Source of the DNA: Oopsacas minuta
Taxonomy: Eukaryota; Animalia; Porifera
Direction of reading: 5' to 3'
Assembly (NCBI GenBank): GCA_024704765.1
Contig: JAKMXF010000155.1
Coordinates: 124,001 to 188,000, forward strand
Length of the DNA stretch: 64,000 nucleotides
Shown here: in pieces, positions 26,068 to 38,939 of the stretch
How positions within the stretch are numbered: position 1 is the first letter of the stretch
Layout: the number at the start of each line of letters is the position of its first letter
Program-made: the position numbers and the translations under genes
The notes under the pieces: generated by a model
What the model saw: the letters and a program-made list of their open reading frames with translations, nothing else
Told to the model about the DNA's origin: nothing
Databases searched by the model: none

Positions 26068-28224
26068 GTGAGTGGTTGTTGTACTGTTGACAACCGTTCG
26101 TTTCAGGCCTCATGGACAAACGGCCACACATGGTTGTGTTACGAATCAACACGCCATGTCAGCTGGTGTGAGCCCTGTTGTTTAGTGTATGGGGAAAACC
26201 GCTTTCCAAAATTTGTAAAGACGTTTGATGTAAAGAGGTCGCCTTCATTGTTGGGGGATTGGTAAATTGGAAGAGAGGGAGAGAATGGTAAACAGACACG
26301 AAAGTTCCCTAGCCCACAGAGAGGCTGAGAAACTTTTTCTTGCATACACCAATCAAGAAAGCATAGAGATTACAATATGAGGGAAGAGTGATGCAGAGAA
26401 GAAATCAAATCGGGAGGCACTGGAGTGCATTTTTGATGCAATCACCCATCTAGCTAGGCAACGCCAAGCTTTTCGTGGTCACATTAACGCTGAGAGCAAC
26501 TTCAAACAGCTTCTGGCCCTATTGGGTAAACACAACATTATTATCAAGGAATCGATGGCCCGAGCAGCATACAGTTCGCAAACTTACACGTGGACCTCGC
26601 CAAAAATTCAAAACGAGATCTTGGAAATGAGTCATCATGTTGTCCAACGCCAAGTATTCAGAAAAGTAAGGAAAAACCGCTTCTTTGCTATCATTGTAGA
26701 AGAAACCACTGATCTATCTGTCACGAGCAAGTATCACTTTGTATCAGGCATGTGTCCAAGAGTTTCAAAATAAGAGAGGATTTCTTGGGTTTCGACCAGA
26801 TAGACAGAACAGATGCAGAACCGCTTCTATCTTTGGTAAAACGATGCCTGCTCCAGTTGGGACTAGATTTTGAAAACATTCGGGGACAAACATATGATTG
26901 AGCAAATAATATGCATGGAAAGCACAACGCCCTTCATGCCAAAGTCATGGCGCTCAATCGCAAGGCTTTCTTCACCAATTGTGTGAGACATCAATTGAAT
27001 GTTGTTTGTCAGGATGCAACCAGAGTGCTGCCAGAAGTGGTACACACAATGGAAGAAATTGGCGCTATCATTTCTTTTATACGTCATTCCTCCAAAAGAT
27101 TGGCTAGTTTCGAGAAAATGGTTGCTTTAGATTCTGTAATGCCTGACACGAATTTACGTCCATTGTGTGAAACCAGGTGGGTGCTAAGGGCTCCCTCTCT
27201 TAAGGCCTTAGTGGTTTTGTACAGTGTTCTTATGGACTGGTTTGAAGACATGCTCCATGATTCTAACAAAACGCTAATATGAGGCGTAAGGCGTTGGGGC
27301 ACCTGCAAAACATGGAGAGATTTAATTTTTCTTCCTGGCTCAAATTATACTCAGGATTTTTGAGAGCGTTCATCCTGTTCATGTGAAGGTTCAAGACCGC
27401 GAGTTGGCAATTGGATATACCAAAAAGATATTGAGACTCTTGTGGACATATTTTCGGCTGATGGTGCTAACGAAAATACCGCAGAAGAATTCTATCAGGC
27501 AGTGAAGGACAAGTCTCAAGAATCTAACATGAAAATTGACCTTCCAACTCTACCCAGAAGCCATGCTAAAGCTCGTTTCCGTGGCAAGCGAATGGAACTG
27601 GAGATCACCGAAGAGGAAATTACATCGCATTACGCTGGTCTCTTCAAGCAGGTTTCTCAGCCTGCCGTTGAAGGTCTCCTCAGCTGATATGACTCTGGGA
27701 ATATGGAACAAATAAGTCAGATTGAGCAGGTTCTCAGTGGGCAGAATGCTTCCTATTATGATGTGAAGGCTTTGTGTTACCTGTATGCTGGGGATATCAA
27801 TATAAGTGCTATCAGTCGGAATAAACATCAGTGGTTTGCATATGCTTCAGAATTCGGGCTGGAGACAAGCTGTAAAGAACTTCTAGCAGCAATGACAAGA
27901 AACACTACCCTGGAAAACCTCCTCCCAGACTTAGTAACTCTGCTTAGGATATATTTAACTCTTCCATCTACCTCTTGAGAAGCCGAAAATGTTTTTCTGT
28001 GCTCCGGTGCCTGAAGATTAGTAATGAGGAATGAGCAACGCCAGGCAATATTTGCTCTTGGGATGACAACAAACACTAAAACTAGGAAACCTTACTTGTC
28101 TTAATTTTTTGTTAAGAGAAAATTTTTTGGCTCGCCACCTGCTAAATTGAGTTTGTGGGCCTAGTTCGGTTTGATAATGCCAGGGTACTAGGCACCCGTC
28201 GCACACCCCAACTTTACGCGCCTG
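26068..28224 (+). mobile_element. hAT transposon, ZMYM1/Tip100-like, inactivated
   Basis: TTF-type finger trace (FQASW..HTWLCY..WCEPC), AFRGH, TSPKIQNEIL, FAIIVEETTD, GQTYD*A, NCVRHQLN, RPLCETRW and TLLRIYLTLPST; right end ..TTTACGCGCCTG; left end not found. Confidence 0.8.
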
Positions 28225-28736
28225 CTCTCTAAATATAGTTCTTTGAACCGTCTTAAGGAAGAAATTCTATAATATGACAGTGTTATGTAATATTATAATT
28301 TCTAATATCTGTGTAAATTGATGCTGTTATTACTTGTAAAATGTTGATATAATTTTATGTATGTATTGTTTCTACATAATCTTTTGTATCAAATGATATG
28401 GAAGAATTGGAAGTGGTTTTAGCATTTACATCTTCAGAATTTCAATAATGAACAATGTTGCTTTGGATTCTAGATTGTGAAACTGAAATATGATTGCTAC
28501 TGGTATTAGAAATTTCTATTGGATTAATTAATTAATACTACACAATTATACCGAATTTGGTGTTCATTGTATTCAATAATTTGAGGAATAGCTATGTAAA
28601 TTTTGTATTGCGACAAAAACGTACCATAATTGGGGATGATAGTTTCTTTCTTCAGTGTATTTATTCACAAAGATACTCGTATCACTAATCCCAAATACTA
28701 TATTAAATGACATTAATTATCTACATTATTTATTTA

Positions 28737-28738
<2 letters not shown>

Positions 28739-28799
<61 letters not shown>
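28739..28799. repeat. (ATT)n microsatellite, about 20 units
   Basis: Direct reading of an uninterrupted ATT array. Confidence 0.97.
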
Positions 28800-28801
<2 letters not shown>

Positions 28802-31800
28802 TCTTATTTTTTCATTTTTATTCTTCTTATCATTATTATATTATTATTATTTTGTAACTTGTACTGACTAGACATGAGTTTGAACTGGCCCTACTTTATG
28901 ATAGGTATATCATATCATCATTTATCATGTAATATTCAGGCTTGAACAAATCTGTAGTAAACTTGCAGTTGATGTAAATAGCAATCTTTATCGATATCTG
29001 CAGGATAGTTGCATTAATACGTTTTTTCTGTTTATTTAGTTATAAACTAAATTCACAAATGTTCGTGTATGTTGTTTTCGCACTTTGGGTCAAATTTAAG
29101 CCCCAGGATTGTGTCTTTGCTTCCGTTTGATCCCCCAGTTGCAAAATCTTATATACGCCACTGGCCACTTATCTTGGTAGTTTATGCCTCCGAATATTTA
29201 TGAAATTCTCAATATTTACCAATTCTATAAAGTTTTTGTCATGAGAGTGTTTTAATTCCATGTTAAGTTTGCATTCGGTCAAAATGATGAAGTAGGAACA
29301 TTTAACATTTTGATGGTTTCATTACATTCAAATTTCAAACTTCTTCCATAATTGTATGGCCTGTTAAAGACATATTATGCTCCTTTGTTGGACATCGTAC
29401 TACCTTCAAACTGCTAAAATCTCCCAAGTATGTATGAAACTAAAGCAGTATTGGCTCAGTTATACAATTGTTGACTTGGTATATACGCCAAGGTCGAAAT
29501 CAGTCTGTATGAGTACTGACTAGTCATTACTGGTATTGACCAACCTGCTGGTGAATAGCTCGTTTTACCCAGCATGGGAACCGAAACTCCCTATGAGTAG
29601 GGGAGTGTGCCTAATTGCCTTATAGAGGTATACGCACAATTACGACTAATCTAAAACTGGTTATATCAATTTTTGGTTGGGTTGGGAATTCGACTCACCA
29701 ACTTTTAGGTTAATCGGTTGATGTTGATTGAACATTATGTGGTGTAATTTAGATAACAATTTGATAACGTTTATATGGTTCTTAATTAGTTTTCGTTCGG
29801 GCGAATGTTTTGCCTACTGTTTTTTTCACATGCCTCATCATACTTACGCCCAGGTCCGAAAATTTTCAAAGCCCTTTTCTGAATGAATTCAATATTATTA
29901 GTTTGTGTTTGCTTTAGTGATGTGTGCCAAACTGTGCAGCCGTATTCTATAACAGGTATTATGCCAGATTTGACTAAACCAAAATTAAACCCATGAAGCT
30001 TTTGACATTTAAGATTTTACACTTAGTCTAATTGGGTCTATTTAAGCGATATCTAGCGGTTGATAGACATATTTATATTTCTCTAAATAGTTGATTAGAT
30101 TGCATTCATTGGGGATTTGAAACCATTGACCTCGGTCAATAAGTTATTATTGCCAATCACTACTATTAAGGTTAAATGAAAAAATTTAGGAGATACCGAT
30201 ATATAATGTATTAATGTTGTATAGCAACTTGATAATTGCGCTTCCTATTTAATTTGTCAAAAAATTTATGCAGCTTATCGCTAACTGAAATCCAAGGAAG
30301 GTGTCCAAAATCAAAATATAAGTAGTTTGACTTATGACACGATATCTTTCTACATTTACGCACTCATTGCTATTAGCAAATTTACGCATCACAGATAAGC
30401 TCATGTGAATCTGAGATGGGAAACCTTTGTAAGCTGATGGTACAAATGAAAGCGCAATGGAAGAACATGTTTTTTTCTAAGTTAATAATATCCTGGCCAT
30501 ACTGCCAGTGCTTGTTTACCACTTCTTCCGGGTTGATCGAATAATAAGTTTGTTACTTCATTAAGCACCACTTTTTCTCACTAACAATGAATTTCCATCA
30601 AACATTGAGGCTATAATCGACATATTGACTTGACCATTTTTGGAACCAAAACCATTTTGGTGAAGTGAACCAATTTCAGGGTTGATTAAGTTTCACAATC
30701 TGTTACTGAGTCAATATTCTCTTTTTGACATATTAATGCAACTGGTTGATTGGAGAATCTTAAATTTGGATGTAGATTTTCCTGGAGAATGTTTCCATAT
30801 CGATCCGCAACCTTCAGCGGCGACACCATGAAAATTATGTGATGTGTACCGTCTATATTTCGGGTTGAATAGGAAGTTAGAGGAAGATTGGTTTCCGGAA
30901 CCATTTAGCCCATGTTTTATTTGGAAATCTACAGGATAAAAGTGTGGTGCTGGCATATAGACTGGCTCATTTCCATTATTCGATGAAAGAGTGAAGTTAC
31001 ATGAGAGATGTATGATATATACACTCCTATAGTGTTTAAATTATTTGGATACCAATTAAATGTTGGTACATAGAGTTTCTGAACGAGCGAATTTGTACCC
31101 AAGTAGACAGATTTACTCTATAAGATTTAAGATAATGCCTGAGCTCTGTTCATTTGTTTCTACACAGTTTAAGATAATAAGCTATAGAAGTAGACTTTTC
31201 AGGGGAATCTTTTTTGTATACATTTTATAATTCTACTCCAGAATAGATTTTCCAGGCAATGTTTGCGATATCTTTCAACCCGATTTCTTCAATTGCTACA
31301 ATATACAAGGGGAATGTAGTATACCGAATAACAGAAATATTTTCAAGTGATGCTAAATGGCGGTTAAAACTTAATATCCGAATCTGATCCAACCTTATTT
31401 TCCTCTATCTGATTTGAAGCTCATCTACCACCTTTCTCCTCTCAATATGTGTTTCGATTTTGATTTCGAAATCAAAACAAGAATGAGTTTACTTGCTGTT
31501 AACTTGAGGTTCAACCATACTCCATGGAATATTAACAACCCACCACTCCCAGCCTAGTTTATCTACTGACTTTTTGCATTTTTTGACGCTCTTAGAAATT
31601 TTAAAGACCATAGAGTATACATAAGGTTTCAAAGCTTCCTCAAGATTGTGGACGTTATTATTTCTTGGACTGGTAGATTGGTATCAAAGTCATATTTTCC
31701 AATAGGAAATCTAGGTCAAGACGGTTTTTAGGAATACTTAATTGATCAACCAATACAAAATGATAAGATTATATGTGTAGTATATTATCTGTTTAGGTAT

Positions 31801-32189
31801 GTATATATTATGTTATTATTTAATGAGACTTTAAGCTTATATAATGATGTAGTGACTTCATTATTATGTATTCTTAGCCATAGCAACGCAAATACATGGA
31901 TAGAATTTATGGAATTTTTGTGGTTTACAATGAAGAGGCATTGAAATTTCAGTATGATATTTACTAAGGCTGCAAAGACTATATATTAATATTTTAGGGT
32001 GGTACTATATACTCGGTGAAAATTGATTTTACAATAACGATAAAGGACAATTATTTTTTTCAAAAATGTTTGAGATTTAATAATATTGATATTGTTTACA
32101 ATATTCACGTTCAGCATACATTATTCCACAGTATCCCCATTGAAAGCACGTTTTTACAACAATTTTGAAGTTTATTTAGTTTATGTATC

Positions 32190-32520
32190 TAAAAGTAAAC
32201 AAATATTCACGTTATGTTTACAATACCATATTCGGACTCAGCATGGTCAATGACCTCAGTAATGTCTTTGAAAGTATGATTCTATCTCAATTTTGAAATT
32301 TGTTTACTTTATATTCATCAAAACAACAATAACTGTACATATGAGAAACTGGTAAATGCGAAATTCGGATTCAGCTTATTGTGTTACCCCTGTCTAGCCG
32401 TTTAGAGCAAGCCTGTAGGTATATTTTGAAATTTGGATAATTTGTTTACTTTATATTCATAAAAACAACAATAAATTTGCGTATGATTAAACATAAGTGT
32501 GAAAATCGGATTCAGCATGT
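32190..32520 (+). repeat. Degenerate tandem repeat, period ~135-142 bp
   Basis: TCGGA(C/T)TCAGC at ~32232, 32366 and 32506; AATTTGTTTACTTTATATTCAT.AAAACAACAATAA at ~32297 and 32439. Confidence 0.7.
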
Positions 32521-33853
32521 TCGATATAGTTACTGAAGTTTTATCGATTTCTATTACTTCCATGATAAACACGATAAATTCATATTTTTGCGACAATTTC
32601 ACAATTGCGTACCATTAATGCTTTCCTTGACAACGGACAAACAAACATACAACAATTGAGATTTAATAATATAGATTATAGAATAATTTCCTACCGCAAT
32701 GTTACCTACATTAGATGTGACATAACTAGAGAATTTTATTCAATAGATTTAATTTTCACTAGTCAAATTAACCTAATCAATTGTGAGAAATTTGCCTAAT
32801 ACACCCTGGTAACCCACTGTGTGACCGATCGATCTCGATATCTTCAGGTAAATACAAGTTTCAAAATGCGTGTGTATAGATATCTTTCTCAATTGTCACT
32901 CATAGGCTGATTTTAGCTATGATATATTCTAGGACCCATTCTTTCAGAGATGAATGTGCGAACACCATATTTCCTAAGGTCGGGGTAACGGTGATCCGGT
33001 AGCTCTGAATTGGGGTATTTGCCAAACTTAATTGCCGACCACTGCCTTAGTGTATGGAATGCTATGCCCAATATCCGTCTTCGACAAAATTGAAATTCCC
33101 TGGTGGCTAGCTTATCTTAACCACCATCTCCCATAACTAAGCCTAACTACACGATTTTTTGTAGATTAAGGAAAAGTCTTCTGGCTATGGCCAAAAACGA
33201 CCTGATTTGTTGAGCACTGCCCAATGTACAAATACAGGAAGATTGGGGAGAGTTTCCCTTGATGTCATATCTCAGGAAATATGTAAGGTACAGCTCTAAA
33301 ATGTTATATTATACACATATTACAAATGATAGAAATGCAATAAATAAATTCGCATTAACAAAATCATGCTTAGTAACTACTTATTTCACCAAGATTTCCA
33401 TTAATTTTACTTGTATGGCACATTAGAGACGGCACACCGGATCGCCAGCCCGATAACTTTGCCCCATTATACCTTGGCAACTATATTTTGGATCGCTTCG
33501 ATCATAACGCAATAATGTAGATCATGGTGCCTGCTTTCTAACAATACCTTTGAGATAACTGACATTCTTAAACCTAAATATTTCGATAAACATTGAGGTA
33601 GAGCTCCAATATTTACCAGGCCATTAGATTGTATAATTGTATATAAATATGCAATGATAGACATTTGGGGGAAATTAATCAAAACGGAGGTTTTCTGTAT
33701 CATTATTTCAATCGAACTACATTATAATTATAACCTCTGCAATTTTCTCTAGTCAGATTTTCTTAATTGATTCCTCGTCTTTACTATCACCTATTTTGCA
33801 GATCTTCTCATGAATCTTTATATAATTTGAGTGTCTGATTATACATTATTAGT

Positions 33854-34453
33854 ATGTATTTCCTATGCATTTTTTCAGTTCTATTTGTTCCTCTTGTTTT
33901 TCCTTCTGTTTTTCCATATGACTGTTCTTCTAACTTGGACTGTAATGGTCTAAATTTTTCATTTCCAACTGGCATTTGCACAAATTCATCTGCTTTTGGC
34001 ACTTGCAAATGTATCTACAGTTGTTTACATTCCAATTCCATTTCTCATAGATGTGAATTGAAAAGATGCTATAATATTTCTCAATTATCAAACACAACTA
34101 ATATTATTTGTACACCAATTAATGGAAGTGATCCAAATTTCTCATCTGTCCTATTTTCTAGTATATTTTTTAGTTTTGGGATTGCTCATTTCTTCTTAGA
34201 TAGTTGGTATTTAGCTATATTCCAAATACTTTTTGGTTTATGGATTCTATTTTCTTACTTTTCTAATATTGTCATATATTTGTACTTCAAGCCCTATCCA
34301 GATACTTGGCATGTTCAACGTCGTTTTCACAAATTTTGCTGTCTTTGTTGTTGCCAACATTCCCTTATCACAATTTTATATTCTATTTGGTGGCTTATTG
34401 ATATTTTTTTATTTTCTTTCAAGATTTATTCTTATAACCAGGGATGTAAATAA
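33854..34453 (+). CDS. TM2-domain-like membrane protein, single ORF
   Basis: 199 aa: signal peptide, Cys-rich ectodomain with several N-x-S/T sites, hydrophobic pair SIFFSFGIAHFFLDSWYLAIFQILFG resembling the TM2 pattern, and C-terminal WWLIDIFLF. Confidence 0.65.
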   Translation: MYFLCIFSVLFVPLVFPSVFPYDCSSNLDCNGLNFSFPTGICTNSSAFGTCKCIYSCLHSNSISHRCELKRCYNISQLSNTTNIICTPINGSDPNFSSVLFSSIFFSFGIAHFFLDSWYLAIFQILFGLWILFSYFSNIVIYLYFKPYPDTWHVQRRFHKFCCLCCCQHSLITILYSIWWLIDIFLFSFKIYSYNQGCK

Positions 34454-34579
34454 AATTTACAAAATTTCTCTTTCCATTCATGTTAATTAATACTTCGAAA
34501 TGTTGCAAAACCTATTTATCTAAGGGATAATTATTCAATTATTATACATTTGTATAGAGTCCGAAATAGTTTTCTAAGG

Positions 34580-34721
34580 CAGCGGTTCCTAACAGATTTC
34601 ACTCTTGAATCGTATACCAATTTAACACATTTTGTGGCCCTCTCCCATACTAGAGTGAAATAAAAAATTTCGATCCGATAGAATATCAAGGGGTTCATGG
34701 ACTCCAGGTTGGGAACAGCTG
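34580..34721. mobile_element. hAT MITE (142 bp)
   Basis: TIRs CAGCGGTTCCTAAC / GTTGGGAACAGCTG; 8-bp TSD TTCTAAGG / TTCTAAGA (7/8). Confidence 0.75.
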
Positions 34722-34799
34722 TTCTAAGAGGTCGTTTTGAATTCTCGCAGTTGACAAGTATGGGAAATGGCATTCACTTGTGACTGTTGTGAGTCGATG

Positions 34800-37419
34800 A
34801 ATTTGACAGTGCAATACAGGTATACCTCAAGGCCGTAATGTTTGTAGTGTTAATTTTTCAAATTTACCATGCCAGGATTCCAACAATTCAATCATTTTAC
34901 TACTTGCCAAATAAAATCTATCCATGAATCGTTGAGCAGTAACGTCATTTGAATGCTTACTTAGCAAATATGCCAGAAAAATGTTTAAGATTTGAAACTC
35001 TGTGGAGAGTGAATTAATACAATTAGGGTTTCAAGATTTAAACCATGGAATTTAAGGATGTTACTATACAAAATATCAAAATTTTGTCGTGATAAAGTTC
35101 CGCGTTCCAAAGCTATAGTTGTGATTATGGATGGCATATTATTGCCAATATTCATCAATAACTTGAAAACTGCATTGCTATGGCTAGATCATCGGACAAA
35201 AATGTAGTATGTATTCAACTTCTCATACCCTGATAATACATTTTGATATGATACCTCTGATGGTTATGACGCGATCTTGAAATTGATCATAAATACTATT
35301 ATTGATTACTGCGGAATATTCTTCCTGGACATCATATCAACTAGTATTATCAGGGTCTGGAAAGTCGAGTATATAGTATACTATACTACATGTCCGTTTG
35401 ATGTTCTTCCCATAGCATTTGAGGTTTACAAGTTATTGGTGAATTTTGGCAAGAATATGCCAATTTATTGCAACTAATAGAATTCCTTCACACTTCTTGA
35501 CGAATCCATATATACAGTGGAGTCTCCGAATAACGGACACGTTGGTGACATGGCTTCTATCCGTTGGAGAGAATTGTCCGCTTCTCGAAGACTGGCCCAT
35601 CTTTTTATCAAAACACCAAATATGTATCATTTTGAATGCAGTTTTACATGTATTAAAGTTGAATAGTTACAGGAGAAGTCACAAGTTATTTTATACTGTG
35701 ATAAGAATGAATATAATATAAAGTGATGACTGATGAGCAACGTAAGCATATTGGCATTGCTTTATACTCTCTATATATATTATAATGAACGTGCAAATAT
35801 GTCAGGAAGATAACTTTGTCTACTGGTTGACACTTGCAGACTAGCTACAGTATCTATTATGGTCACAATGCCCATAGCTACTTCAAAACATCCTCGACTT
35901 TCACAATTTTTGAGAAGAGAAGTAAATACAGGATTTGCTGAGGTTACGGGAGAGAAAGAAAACAAAGGAGCAGGATACGGACTATAAATCGCATGTGTGT
36001 ACCGCCTTTATGAACCCAAAGTTTACATTGACAAGATGAAAGAATTGTTTAAAGATTTGAAAGACATGGGACTTGTATAGCACTCATATTATTATGTAAA
36101 TTTTGTGATATCTATGAAATTATTGGTTGCAGTTTCTGGTTGTCCGTTCTTGAGAAATAATTTTGCATTAAGACAAGCCATTCATGGCCATTTCCCCATC
36201 CGTTGTTCCGAATTCGGGGTTGTCCGCTCCTCGGAGACTTCATAAGTGTTACATGCTTGGCAAATTCTATCCGCGCCACGAGGTTTGTCCGTTATAGGGA
36301 GTTGTCCGCGTTTCGAAGTGTCCGTTTTGGGAGACTCCACTGTATTCACAATGATGAATTAGGCAGTTTGCATGATACAAAAAAGCTCAATCATTATCAC
36401 ATAGCATGACAAGTCATCATTGACGATGGGGGACATTATCTGTAGAGGAGGGGCAAATATTGCCCGAGCGTATATTTCAATCGTTGCAGATTATCGCCTA
36501 ATGTTTTACCATAAAATATTTCTAGTAATGTATTAATGTCATTACATCTTACCACAAAGGTTTCCTTAATATCAGTTTGATACTTTACTTTACTGTGATC
36601 ATAACTAACGGAAATGTACTCCATGATATCCATACAGAAATCGTTCTTGCTCTCATATTTATATCCCATTGTCGGGCAATGAATCCCTGAGTCTCGCAAT
36701 ACTGAAGACGCTTTTTGAAATTGATTGTTTGACATTTCACAAGTTGATTTAAGTTGCATGATCTGGCCTAACTCAATTCATTCCTTATTAGATTTTGAGG
36801 GGTGGATAATGTGTAGAGTGTGAAGCGCTGACGATTAGAGGATAACCCCCTTCCTGTCGTGGGATTTTGAAACTTAATGCAATGTTGTCTCCTTCTTGAA
36901 AACGTGTAACATGTTATCAGATGCATACTGACCGAGTGCTTTTCTGTGATCTAAATGCTGGTGGGTATTATCAATCAGAGACCTTTTAGTTCATTGATGC
37001 TCAATCATTTGCTACAATGTTTAACAACCTTTGCTGGAGAATTTATCATCGGTCTTCCTGGTTTTTCCGTCTTCCAAATCTAGTCGCTTCCTCACACATT
37101 GGATATTGATTACTAGGAGTACAGGTTGAACGCGTATGATGCAAGAGATTGGGCCAATTAAACCGAATTGGCTGTTTTTGAGGGAAATCACTATCCGCAA
37201 CCTTGGGCAAATATAGTTTACATGTTGTAAATAAACATTTGGTCGAAGACAAATTTGATCTATAGTTAGGGGTTCAAATACTTTAGTGTAGTGTTCACTT
37301 AATTTTGTTAACTCATCAGCTGGTTCCTTGAATAACTGATGCGAAGTGAGCTTAATATCGCCAACTTGGGAACAGCACCAAGGACAAACCTTAAATTTAG
37401 CTGCTTCATGCGCATCCAT
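34800..37419 (-). mobile_element. Chapaev-type transposase remnant, interrupted by the 35515-36455 insertion
   Basis: N-terminus MDAHEAAKFKVCPWCC and, in a shifted frame, TTCKLYL...PMCEEATRFG (Chapa zinc-finger-like pattern); LKSTCEMSNNQFQKASSVLR; VK.GILLVAI immediately past the insertion. Confidence 0.55.
35515..36342. mobile_element. Tc1/mariner-pogo-type non-autonomous element (828 bp)
   Basis: TA|CAGTGGAGTCTCCGAATAACGGACAC ... GTGTCCGTTTTGGGAGACTCCACTG|TA; TA TSD; repeated TGTCCG subterminal motifs. Confidence 0.88.
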
Positions 37420-37768
37420 AATTAGTGAAATATGTTTTACGTAATTGTTAAGAGGAGGGCGAGGGAGACATTAACTGAATCTAAAGAGGGGGACCAATAG
37501 ACTCAGCTACCAAACACCAATGAATATTTCTCCTTTCGAATGAGATATTGAGTATTAAAAGTTCAATATCTTTCAGATTTTGCGCCCCCCACCCTTATTA
37601 CCATTCTTTAATGAAACCATGCTCTATCGTAAATATAAATTAGCGGATCCGTTCTGTTAAATGAAACCCTGCGGATCAGGTCGGACCTACCTCGGTCTGA
37701 TCCTGACAGTCGCATACTGCAACACAAATTTCACCTTTTATTTTATTCCTTTGTAGCTTTTTGTTCAC

Positions 37769-38716
37769 ATGCTATATTGTTTATCAGATGTTGCAGGATG
37801 TCTCCCTAGGATTTATTTCCCAAATATGGATGGACGAAATGACGGCGAACACATACGTTTAGATGGGAGCTTTCTTATGACATTAGCTGAGAAAAAGCAG
37901 TTAATTAAGGACCAACTCAAATATTTACAAAAGGATTCTTACCAACAATTCGATCTTTCCCTGCGTCATTTGCAAAACTATGCTGATTCTCCTCGCCAGC
38001 ATAGTTCAAATGGAAAAGATGGCATTCACAAAGTTTATCCCATTTCTGCACCTAGAATACTAATCAATTTACGTGATGATTCTCATTGGACCAACTCATG
38101 TTCAGTTGAACCAAGGTCAATTCTGAATTCTAAAGATGAATTCAAACAGCTCTTGCTTTTGATTGAACAAATATATTGCCTGGATTTACAAAATGATAAT
38201 ATTCCTTGTTCTGAAATATTTGATCAATACGATAAGCCCACTACCTTGGAAATCCAAATTCTCCTTGGTTTCGATATCCACTTTAACAATAGTATATTAC
38301 CACTTAAAATCATGTGTATTAAAAAAGGATTATCTATTATACTTAAGCTCTTCGACGTCTTTAATCCGTTGAATCAAATGTACATTCTTAGTCTCTTTAT
38401 TGAGAACATTTCATGTTACCTATTTATATATGGTCAATTAGACCCTAATCAAAATATGTTGTTACATTTTACCCACATTATGCCAAAATTTGAGTATGAT
38501 AAATTGTGCGAATTTGCTGTTATATTGGTACAATTTTTAGATGGTTCAATAGGAAATGATACACACTCTTATCTCAATATTCCTATTACACTTTTTCGAG
38601 GTATACACAAAGTTATGGAATGTTATTCAAAGAATGATCTAACTGTACACCAAGTTAACTTTTGGAAGAATATTAATCTTAATAAAGCTTTGAGTAGATA
38701 TTGTGAAATAAATTGA
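37769..38716 (+). CDS. PAT1/PATL-like mRNA decapping/decay factor (mid and C-terminal region); possibly the last exon of a longer gene
   Basis: FLMTLAEKKQLIKDQLKYLQ (PAT1 LM...EK..I..Q...L), SAPRILIN, LLLLIEQIY and LKIMCIKKG (PatC IMCIRKG). Several yAG acceptors at 37750-37800. Confidence 0.65.
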   Translation: MLYCLSDVAGCLPRIYFPNMDGRNDGEHIRLDGSFLMTLAEKKQLIKDQLKYLQKDSYQQFDLSLRHLQNYADSPRQHSSNGKDGIHKVYPISAPRILINLRDDSHWTNSCSVEPRSILNSKDEFKQLLLLIEQIYCLDLQNDNIPCSEIFDQYDKPTTLEIQILLGFDIHFNNSILPLKIMCIKKGLSIILKLFDVFNPLNQMYILSLFIENISCYLFIYGQLDPNQNMLLHFTHIMPKFEYDKLCEFAVILVQFLDGSIGNDTHSYLNIPITLFRGIHKVMECYSKNDLTVHQVNFWKNINLNKALSRYCEIN

Positions 38717-38939
38717 CTCTATCTTGTATTTTGTTGATTTTGACATCTCTGAACTATACACTAATTCATCAGAATGCTTGATAATTTTTCCTAATAAATT
38801 CCGGGAATTTCTTAGATCAAAATAATTTTTGCTACGATTAACTGCTCTCTTATCATTCTACAGGTATTCGCCTTATCTGGGTATGAATTATTCGATCTAG
38901 TTTATGATTATTCAGAAAGTATTGCTTTTTTTATCATTA

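Noticed and set aside
28655-28867. Poly-leucine ORF
   Set aside because: Translation of the (ATT)n microsatellite
30400-31600. G-protein alpha pseudogene (IIFMVS, RSTRKKW resemblance)
   Set aside because: Motifs are in the wrong order and no P-loop is present; a decayed hAT (CET*ST, IHLSC traces) fits equally poorly, so left unassigned
32190-32520. CRISPR-like repeat-spacer array
   Set aside because: Units are degenerate and long, the context is eukaryotic and there are no cas genes
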